NCBI GenBank assembly: GCA_009103225.1
Contig: RHPI01003366.1
Location: 62,001-126,000, forward strand
Direction of reading: 5' to 3'
Origin: Chlorokybus atmophyticus
Taxonomy: Eukaryota; Plantae; Mesostigma and Chlorokybus algae
DNA: 64,000 nucleotides
In this document: in pieces, positions 40,801 to 50,199 of the stretch
How the letters are laid out: each line of letters opens with the position of its first letter
Position numbering within the stretch: position 1 is the stretch's first letter
Made by a program: the position numbers and the translations under genes
The notes under the pieces: model-generated
What the model was told of the DNA's origin: nothing
Databases searched by the model: none
Seen by the model: the letters and a program-made list of their open reading frames with translations, nothing else

Positions 40801-41481
40801 GCTTTGCGTCAGAGCAACATTGCTAACGCACATTAACGTCTTTTGTGATATAATATATAATATGCTTTCATTTCACAAAGACACCAAGACATTATGTATG
40901 CTTATAAAAGCTTATCAAGCACTGCTTTAACACAGCGTGGTAGGAAGTTAATCCACATGAATGCAACACAATCGTATCAGCAACGTGGAGTTAAAAAAAA
41001 ACGTCATTGAGTGACATGATATTAGATAGCCTCGTTGACTTGATCAACATCGCGTTTCGCTCGTTTATTGCGACAAGTCAAAGTCTCACATGCGTACATA
41101 TGCAAAGAACGTTTGTAAACGCTAGAACAAGTGATATGACAAGTGCAATGGGCAACCAACCAACCAACCAACCAACTAATTTACAGTCATAACAACACAG
41201 CACACGGCTATCATGTTGGTGTTGGTGTAATTGGTACAACTAGTAATAGAGTAAGAAAGCGCAGTAGAGTACGACAATGCAATAATACGCTGGCCCCCTC
41301 TGCGCATCCACTGGCATCGACACATAGTAGGTAGTGCCGCACCGAGGGCCTCGGGCTCACCTACACACAAGCGCCCACAGTGAGTTAGCTGCTATGGGGG
41401 TACATATTGTGCCTACTGATGCCATCAAGCACAACACAAGGCAGTGCACGCTTGCAACACAAGCCAAACAATGTACAAAGA

Positions 41482-41532
41482 GCACACTGCCATTGTGCCC
41501 TTGCACGGTGCAAGGGCACAATGGCAGTGTGC
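41482..41532. repeat. Perfect 25-bp inverted repeat with a 1-nt spacer
   Basis: gcacactgccattgtgcccttgcac-g-gtgcaagggcacaatggcagtgtgc. Confidence 0.95.
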
Positions 41533-42120
41533 CCTGTGTTAACAGATTCAGTTAGGCGAGGATCGGGTCAGCTATGTCTGGTTGCCAACAAAATACCCTT
41601 CAACCAAGTAGTTGACAAGCTCCCAGCTCATCATCATTGGCTGTGACAGTGCCGCTGTCACAGCCCATGTTAAGGCGGCCTTTGTTGCAACATGTTACCC
41701 CTAACAGTTGATTAAATATATTAGACGGTTGTGGGTTCAAGGATACTCAGTTAGACAATTGTTGTTCAGTCTACCGGCGATCCTGATATAGGGGCGTAAG
41801 CATAACGGCCGTCACCATTAGTCGGCGACCGTCTGCATCAAGGGACTGATCCTAACTAGCAGGAACCTGTCAGTATACCCATCAGTCAAGCAAAAGGGAC
41901 TTGACCTAAGTGACAAGTAACCAATAGGTACCCAACAGGTAGGTATCGGCAACTGCACACTAACTGATTGTGCATGAGGTACCTTATAATACCTGCCGTT
42001 ACCAAATGGAACCGTTCAATCATGACTAGATACCTCACGTCAGTGTTGTCAATGATAAAAAATAAGTAAATCATAATACATGTATTGCAAGTCATACTGG
42101 TTCCATGCTACAACATGAAT

Positions 42121-42153
<33 letters not shown>
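42121..42153 (+). repeat. (TAC)n microsatellite within the right inverted arm
   Basis: tactactact...; an imperfect (GTA)n counterpart lies at ~38910-38950 in the left arm. Confidence 0.9.
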
Positions 42154-42722
42154 CTACCCCCACTCTAATATAAGGTTGTACAAAGCCGCCGCTTCTGCGC
42201 TCCACCTCCGTCGCCGCTCCTTGTCGATCGCCGCTCCTGCAAGCACAAGTCAATCACACTAGCGCCATCAACAGCAGCATACACAATAACACTCAAAGTG
42301 TAACAACTTACACACACATGCTGCCGCCGCCTAGCCTGGCCTGGCCTGGCCTGGCCTAGCCGCCTTAAGATCAGAAGGACAGTTAGCTTATATGCACTGC
42401 TGCGCACAACACAACGCTACAGCACAGAGCTTTACTTACTTACTGTTGCCACCACCACCGCCGCCGCCGCCGCCACTGCACAACTCAACGGTACAACTTG
42501 CTTAGAGTCGTTGAGCGTTCGAACCTTGGCAACAACTGATTCAAATGCGTCGTCACAATGGCACCATCATACCATCAGTATGATACGATGGTGCTATTGT
42601 TATGGAGTTTCCGTATTATTAACATGGTATGTTAGTCGCCGCAGTGGTACAGTAATTGTACCGTCGTTACGCATTACTCTTGCAAAAAAACAAAAAGGGA
42701 CGAGTAGTCACTTGCTGGTTAT

Positions 42723-42793
42723 GTGATAGGTCGCCGCCGCACCCACGGACGGCCGGTGGTCGGCCGTCCGTGGGTGCGGCGGCGACCTATCAC
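42723..42793. repeat. Perfect 33-bp GC-rich hairpin with a 5-nt loop
   Basis: gtgataggtcgccgccgcacccacggacggccg-gtggt-cggccgtccgtgggtgcggcggcgacctatcac. Confidence 0.97.
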
Positions 42794-43509
42794 TTATCAA
42801 GATGCGGGCACGTCACGGAATAGGATGCGCCCTGTAACACCCAAGCCAGGCACCTTATACACACAGCAAGTCAGCACCCGGCAGAGTTCCCATATAAGAT
42901 TTTTGTTTTCAACAACATGCTGGCTTAGCTCTGGGTACTTACCTCTCTTTATGTTAACATTTCCTTCTCACATGGTCGCACGTTGTCCTGCAAGACTCCA
43001 ATATAAGTCACGCGTGCTGACCGTTAGCTTATCACTTTTCGGCCCCATCGGTCTCATGATAGTTATATGACCAGCATGAGCCTTCCGCACATTGGCAGTC
43101 ATGTGCTCATTCCGTTACTCAAGTCCGAGTCACATCTCATTATACATCATTATATCATATCTCACAAGCATCAATAAACATCAGCATATGTGCAAATATA
43201 TCACAATTAAATGGCACCATAATTTGTAGTACGATACAACTGCCCTTTACATATTTTTGTTGCACACTACCATGCTGTACATCCGCATAACAATACCTGA
43301 AGAAGCCGACTTGGCCAAGTTGATAGCTACTCTTTTCAAGATTACTTTATCTAGCTGAGCGTACGATATATCAGATGGAAATTTGCCCTCACGTGCAATC
43401 TCAACCACTCTGCATACACTTATGACAACGTACCGCCTTCACGTACACAACATGCTTATTACGGATTCCTTGCTTTTGACTTCCTGAGCGACAGCAAGAT
43501 ACTCTAAAT

Positions 43510-43710
43510 GACGCGGGCATGCCCTGCCTGCGGATGCTTGACTGAAGTGGCCTGCAGGCGGGGTTAATCACGAAGCAATTGAAAAGGTCACCTTTGCAAA
43601 CGGAAGTAGCACGGGTCACCTGTTGAAGGTGCAATGTTGTTTGTGTGCCTTCTCAATGGACTCCGCCTACAGGCCACCTCAGTCAAGCGTCCGCAGGGCA
43701 TGCCCGCGTC
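43510..43710. repeat. ~50-bp imperfect inverted repeat around a ~100-bp spacer (MITE-like or hairpin RNA)
   Basis: 43510-43562 gacgcgggcatgccctgcctgcggatgcttgactgaagtggcctgcaggcggg versus 43662-43710 tccgcctacaggccacctcagtcaagcgtccgcagggcatgcccgcgtc: a few transitions and one 4-nt indel. Confidence 0.8.
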
Positions 43711-44740
43711 CCTACCTGCAACCTTTTCCGTCCATCATCATTGCACCTTGCCATGTTGCTTTGCTGCGCGGTGGAGCAGCGCAGAGCACGCACCAGCGAC
43801 CTGCCTAAGCATGCACTCGCGCCGCCGACGCTGGAAATGCTTTCAGCGTACCTTTGTCATGATGGAAGGTCCTATCCATGGCGTATCAGGCCTTCGATAC
43901 TATTGTTTATATAGGCCTATGGCAGCGTGCGCAACGCTTGCTCCGTTATGTGGCTTCATCAAGATGTCTTGTCCGCATGCAAAGCCACAAAGTCGGCAGC
44001 ACACCAGCGACTTGCCTAAATCCCGTCTGCCGACGCTGGGCGCTGAACCTTGCAAATGCTCAGATGAGGCGAGAGCAACGCAGAGAACCCTCGCAACCAT
44101 GCCGGGCGGGTTGCACCAAGCTTAGCCAAAGCACTGCCGCCTGGCGCCTAGGTGGCCCTGTCGATTACTTACTTGGTTGTCCCAGTGTGCTGTTGTAGCT
44201 GACCGCGTGTGAGCGTATGCACTTGCGCATAGCGAGGCGCGCCTAGTTGCCGCCGCCGCCGTCACGCCGTTTGGCAAGGTAAGTGTTCGGTGTTCCTGGC
44301 TCTCTCGCCCGTGCTGCCGCCGCCTCGCCGTTGCTCGTCCTGTGTGTGTGCTGCTCCGCTGTCCATATGGGTGTACCATCTGCGTGCGTGCGTGTGTGCG
44401 GCGTGTGAAAACGGAAACCGTCGTCATGCATGCAGTTGTGTCCCCATGACGTCGCTTTGCTTGCTGTTCATGTGTACGTTCGTGTGCATACGTGTGCTCG
44501 TCCGAGTGAAAGTCGTCACTAGAATGCCGTTTTGTGCCCATGGCGTAGCTATTTCGTCGCTCCTTGCGACACTGTTTGTGTGCTGCGCTGTGCATGTGTG
44601 TGCATGTATGCTTCATGACTTTGCTGTTTCTTCCATGCGCTAATGTCTGCTTTCTGCTCGCGACCATCGCGACTGCAAACAAAGGAAACCGCAATTCTCA
44701 ACCCTAACTCGTCTGTGTGTCTGCATTGTAGGCCGTAAGG

Positions 44741-47700
44741 ATGGGTCGAATGGCTTTACCGCTGCTGTTGACAACGGCGGCAGCATGGATGCTGTCTCTT
44801 GCGCTTCTGGCTTTGTGTGCCTCCTTCGTCACTGGCTCTGGCGTAACGTAAGTCACATGCTTGCCATCTGGCATGCGCAACGCACGAAAGGACAAAACCA
44901 TTGCGTTCGGTGCCCTGTCTCCTTGTGTAGCATGCATGTCAGTCTGCTGTGCATCTCAGCGTGTTCATTGAACTCTGGTCACATTGCCAACTTCAGCATA
45001 GGAGGGCCGTACCGCTCGGATGAATGCAGCACCATCCGGCTGCGAGCCAGTGCGACCGCGGATGCATGTGGCGTGGATCGATTGCTGGCTTGGGACCTGA
45101 ACAACGATGGCGTGTTCGATGACGCGAGCGGCGGCTTCCTCATCATCCACGCCTACAACAAGGGCCTCGGTCCGGGTGTCCACACAATCAGCGTCCGCGC
45201 CACCAGCAGCTCCTGCCCAAACTCTCCTTCCGAAGTGGTGAGCACCACCATCACCGTCACCGTCGCACCCCTCGTCATCACCGCCATAGGAACGTATCCG
45301 GCGAGCAACCTCGGGGTCGCGAGCGTCGAGGAGCGCGTTCAAGTGATTGTGCGGAGCTCTGCAGCAACCTGCGTGCCTGACAACCTTGTGTTAGACTGCG
45401 GTGCAGACAGTGTGGTGAGTAGCGCTTTCATCGGCGTGCGTGCGTGCGTGTAGGCAGGCAGAGCGGTGGTATGTTGGTTGGATTTCATGCACACCTGCTG
45501 TGCGCAGGGCAACGAGGCGGGATACTGTCGATATAGTAAACCAGGCATCAAGACCATCACCGCCACTGTCGCGCAGTTTGGTGCCGTTGCATCGCTCTCG
45601 AGCAACATCACAGTCACAACTTTCTAGTGAGTGCTGTTGTTACACCTGTTGCCTTACGTGTGTATGCAGTGCACTTACGAGCGCGCGCGTATGTGTGTGC
45701 GTTCTGCACGTGCAGCATGGGAGGGCCATACACCGTCGCCCCGTGCGCCACCATCCAACTTGCAGCGCCTACCACCATTGATGCATGCGGGAGACCGCGT
45801 GTCCTTGCGTGGGATTACAATGACGATGGTGTGTTTGACGACAGCACGGGGAACAAACCCTACCTCTATAATGAGCTTTCTCGCCTCGCTCCCGGCGTCC
45901 ACCCGATACGTGTGCAATCCAGCAGCAATCCCGCCTGCCCCGCCTCTCCGGCGGAAGTGCATACAGTCAGCGTGACTGTCACTACGGGTGCCAAGCCCGA
46001 GATCCGTGGCATATCCACATTTCCGGCGAGCAGTGAACCTGTCACCAGCACTCAAGCAAGCGTCCAAGAGGAGATCCGTGTCGTCGTGGTTCCGTCATAC
46101 GTGTTCTGCCTGCCTTACACCGTCACCCTTGACTGCGGCGCCGACAATGTGGTCAGTTGCAACCGTCTTATTGCGGCATGTCGCAGCACTGCCTTCATAG
46201 TTCTTTGCTGACTGTGCGCGCACATGTGTGTACAGAGCAATAGGACGTCGTACTGTCGGTACAGCACGCCCGGACAGAAAGTCATCACCGCCACCATCAC
46301 GCAGAGTGGCGTCTCCGTCTCGCGCTCCGTCAACATCACAATTACTGGCTACTTGTGAGCGTGCTCATGCATGCGTAGTTGTCGTCGCCTTCATCAGGAA
46401 GTCAAACTGATCCCGTCGAGTATGCAGCATCGCAGGGCCGTACTCCTTGCCCCTGTGCTTCGGTGCAATTGCTCTGACAGCCGAGGGGGGCGTCGACGAG
46501 TGCGGCCATATCCGGAACCTGGCCTGGGACTTTAACAATGATGGCGTCTTTAATGACGCAATGGGACCGAGCCCAGTTTTCGATGTTGCCGTACGACAGC
46601 TCCTGCCCGGAGTGTATCCTATAAGTGTACGAGCCAGTAGCAACACCACCTCCTGCCCCGGCTCAGTCCCTATTTATCTCACCACCAACGTTACCATTTA
46701 CGGCACCATAACACCCCCGGAGCTCTTCTCCGTGCACGGTTTCCCAGAAAGCGGCAACGGAAGAGCAACGGTGGGGTCCTGGTGGGAACACACTCTCATG
46801 CACACACTCTCATACACTCAGCTCTCACAACTCAAGGCAACCCACAGGTGGGAGAGGCCATTGAAGTCAACGTTGAGTACTCGACGGCTGGCGGTTGTCT
46901 TCCTTTCAACCTAACCATCGACTGCGGTCTGGACGCCGTGGTGAGAGCGCACAGGTGCATGTTATTCTGTGTACACAATCGCAGCACTGTCTGCCTCAGG
47001 GAGTGACCCTATGGTGCCAACTACAGGGCAACAAGAAAGGATATTGCCAATATGGCACGAGTGGAGTCAAGGTCATCACCGTAACGCTCTCACAGGAAGG
47101 CGTTGAGGTGTCCCTCAGTCTAAACGTGACAGTGACTGCAACCGACCCATCATGTGCAACGTAAGCGTGTGTACTTGCAATCATGCACATGGCGCGCACC
47201 ACTCCGACATCAATCGCACTCAATGTGACCGACAGGGCGGCGTTTCCGGAGGGGAGAGTGCGCGGGAAGCGGGGTTGTTCTGCAGAATTTTGGCCGAAGT
47301 TGCTGGCATGCAACCTCCCCAACAACATCAAGCCATACACCAAGCTCTACGATGCTTTTGCTAGCCGAGCGAGCGAGGATGCGCGGGTATAGATTGATGC
47401 TTGTGTCTTTCTTTGTGGTCTAAGCTACTGCCTGCAGCGCCGTGTATGCAGTACTTATGCATAAATGCCTTATGTATGTGCAGCTCATTGAGCGCCTATT
47501 TGGCAACCGTACCATTTCCCAAGCCTTGCGCATCTCAACCCGTCAGGTACGTTTCTTATTGTGGATGCGTATGTGCGAACACGCGTGCATGTAATGTCCG
47601 CGCACGACTGGCTGTGCATAAGTGCAGGTTTGCATGTATGGACAATCAACTATCCAAGCCAATTGCCTGCGCAATGTTTCATGTGTCTCTTGATTCTCAA

Positions 47701-48091
47701 CACCGTAACGCTTCAGATTGACACCTTTGCAAGGGAAGCCACTGCCGCTCTGCTGAATGCGGAGACAGTGTACTATGCACAGGTTCGGGCTTGTATTACC
47801 CTCTGCTTGTGTTCTGTTCATGCTATGATTGCGATGCATGCATGTGGCACGTGAGCGCTTGGTTTTTGCTTGCTAGTGTCCCCTTTCGGTCAAGCTCGAC
47901 TTTCGCCATGGCTTGTACAATGCGAGCAACATCACAAGACGTAAGTGGACTTGCGGTCGCATCAATGATTGCACGCATGTGTGCCAATTTCTAACACGTC
48001 TCTTTGTGTAGTGACTAATACAAGAAACAAATTTTTCACTCAAAACAATTTTGTGGACGGGTGCCCCCTTGGGACAGTGTGTAGCACTTAG
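44741..48091 (+). CDS. Secreted protein: signal peptide, three tandem PKD/Ig-like double modules and a PDF1-like C-terminal domain
   Basis: Signal peptide MALPLLLTTAAAWMLSLALLALCASFVTGSG spliced in phase to IGGPY. Three repeats of GPY...LAWD[L/Y/F]N[N/D]DGVF[D/N]D...L.PGV[H/Y].I.V...DCG.D.VV...YC.Y...G.K.IT.T. Final exons spliced in phase: GCSAEFW...KLYDAF... / LIERLFGNRTISQALRISTRQ / IDTFAREATAALLNAETVYYAQ / CPLSVKLDFRHGLYNASNITR / LTNTRNKFFTQNNFVDGCPLGTVCST-stop. A probable 5'UTR intron starts at ~44279. Confidence 0.85.
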
Positions 48092-48602
48092 GACTAAGCA
48101 GTTCAAGTTTGACAATAGTGGATTATGTGATGGACGTTTATGTTGATGTCTCTTTGTCATGTTAATCTGTGTATAAGAGTATGTGAGATTACCAACATGC
48201 ATGGTGGGAGGCTCAACATGCAATGTCATGCACAACACGCATTCAACACATGCAATGCCATGCCGATATGTCATTCCACCGGGTCGCTGCTAGTTCCTAC
48301 CACCAACCCCTACCCTGTTGATTCACACAGCATGCATGTTGTCAAATAGTTACTTACTTAAACGAGCTGTGCGCATGCTTTTACTCATCAGGCTTACTCA
48401 GCGAGTAATGTTGCTGCAGAGGTTTTATGGTAGTGGCACGTGATAGATAGCTCATTCTTGGACACCGCTCCTTTACCATTCAATTGTCGTATAATGGAGC
48501 AGATGCATACACGTGCTGAATACTGCATATTTTTGTCTCACACACTCATACATCATAAACTGGTCTAATTTTCACACGAGTGCCTAATTGAGAAAGTTAG
48601 GG

Positions 48603-49730
48603 AGGTTGTGCGACCTATGCGATGATAACTGATATGCCAAAGATCATTTTGCAAACTACGCCGGTGCATCTGATTGCCTCGTGAGCGGCGTGGGTGATGT
48701 TACTTTCTCAAAGGAGACCAACATTGCCGACTATGCCAGTGATGGATCCATCCCACATGACTGATCTTCAGCCCATTGAGACTGCCGGTATGTTTGCAAA
48801 AATGACGCAATGGTGTGTGTCATTTGCGTGAATGGGACACGCCATGCCTGTTCGTGCTCATGTATTTGTGTGTATGCTGCATATGCAACGCCAAGCTAGC
48901 ATGCGGTTCCTACCCACATCCACAGGTACATGTGCCATGGTGGCGGGTGTGCAGACATTAGTTTGCATGACCCAGTGCAACCTTGCGCTTGTCCCGGCTC
49001 ACGCAATGGTCGTGTCTCGCGCCATGCCACAGTCGCAGCTGAAAGTAGGCAAAGACATGTTGGATGTCACTACCTTCTATGGGTCTTAGCTGCTCTCTCA
49101 TGCTAAACCAAACCAGTCATTGCCAGCATGATATCTTCCCTCCTCGCTGCCAGCGATACACATGAGTTCCAAGCCTTCCTGACGAGTACACCTGCTCTTG
49201 TGCACCTAATTGTTTGAGTTGTATTGCACATGTACACCGCAACTGATGTGACGCATGCCCCTACCTTGTGCAGGTAGTTTGGCAGGTTCACGATAGCTGC
49301 TGCTGCCTGCCTCACTGCCTTGCACGCACATAGGTCGAGCCCCATAGCTAGCAAGCTAGCTAGCTGTGCCTTGTCGTCGTGGTTGATATTGGTTGTGTGC
49401 TTGAGTGCTTGCTTGTTTGCATCTTTGTGGCCCCTGTATTACCCTATGCCTGTGCCTAACAGCACGTCATATAACCTGTGCACATGCGCAAGCAAGCACT
49501 GCCAATAGCAACATCCTTTCATCCTCGACAACTTCCCTGCAGCACGTTAGTGACCAGACCATTGGTGAGTTCCTTGGCTCAGCTTTGGCGATGTACGAGG
49601 GCGTGCAGGAGACTGGCACAACTACATACTGGCCCACACCACCCTCAGGCTTACTGCAGTCAACCTCCCGCACACCATCGACAACACCCACACCTACCAT
49701 CATCAGGTGTGGGATGATGGGTCATCAGCC
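48603..49730 (+). pseudogene. Transferrin-like gene fragment with in-frame stops
   Basis: 48603-48788 reads RLCDLCDDN*YAKDHFANYAGASDCLVSGVGDVTFSKETNIADYASDGSIPHD*SSAH*DC (transferrin Y.GA..CL..G.GDV.F.K motif). ~48970-49020 reads QCNLALVPAHAMVVSR (transferrin CNLA.VPAHAVV.R signature). ~49544 reads HVSDQTIGEFLGSALAMYEGVQE. Three TGA stops; no N-terminal half seen. Confidence 0.75.
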
Positions 49731-50199
49731 ACATCTAAGGGTGTGGAGGACAGCGGTCACCTGCTGGCCCTCAAGCGGTCGCGGAAAGTGGCTTTAGGCT
49801 TCTTTAATACTCGTAGGTCATGAGCCTTGTAGCAAAAGTGACTGCGATCACTGTATGGTAAATTCACTTGGTTCCAGTGTTTTAAGCCTGGCATTTGGCA
49901 AGGGTATGCTGCCACATGCTGAACAAGCACATGAGCTGTTTGTTGCCAACACGACACTCTATACTGTACATGGAATCATAGACTTCAATGTAGCCGGACA
50001 TATCCTAATCACAACATACACAATAACCTTCTATCACATCTGCACGAGAGGTGCTATCCACAATGTGAGCTGAAATGTACAATTCAGTGCCTCTATACAG
50101 ACACCAAGCAGAACGGCTGCTGGCCAAGTTGCAAAGAGTGTGAAAAGTGTGCGTCTTCAGCTGGAACACCTGCTGCCAAGACCCCAGATACGAATACGA

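Larger units (their letters stand above)
38060..42760. mobile_element. Putative non-autonomous foldback/long-TIR element with diverged inverted arms at ~38060-39470 and ~41680-42760
   Basis: 39246-39312 (ttagatcaagtcccttttgcttgactgataagtacctgacaggtacctg) matches the reverse complement of 41841-41910. Colinear inverted matches continue through gacggcc.ttat...ctatatc...tgagtatcct, (GTA)n vs (TAC)n, gc.ctgctgcgcac.acac, (GGC)n vs (CCG)n, and gcaagtgact...gtccc. No transposase or TSD was recognised. Confidence 0.6.

Noticed and set aside
42833-42842. TGTAACACCC, a typical Ty3/gypsy LTR 5' end
   Set aside because: No second LTR, PBS, PPT or gag/pol remnant was found, so 10 bp alone is insufficient.
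44122-44694. 190-aa minus-strand ORF
   Set aside because: It is antisense to the probable 5'UTR intron of the PKD gene, has low-complexity H/T/R composition from intronic TG repeats, and uses a non-ATG start.
48630-48632. TGA at a Cys-equivalent position as possible selenocysteine
   Set aside because: Two more TGAs occur in the same exon at non-Cys positions and the gene is truncated; pseudogene decay is the simpler explanation.
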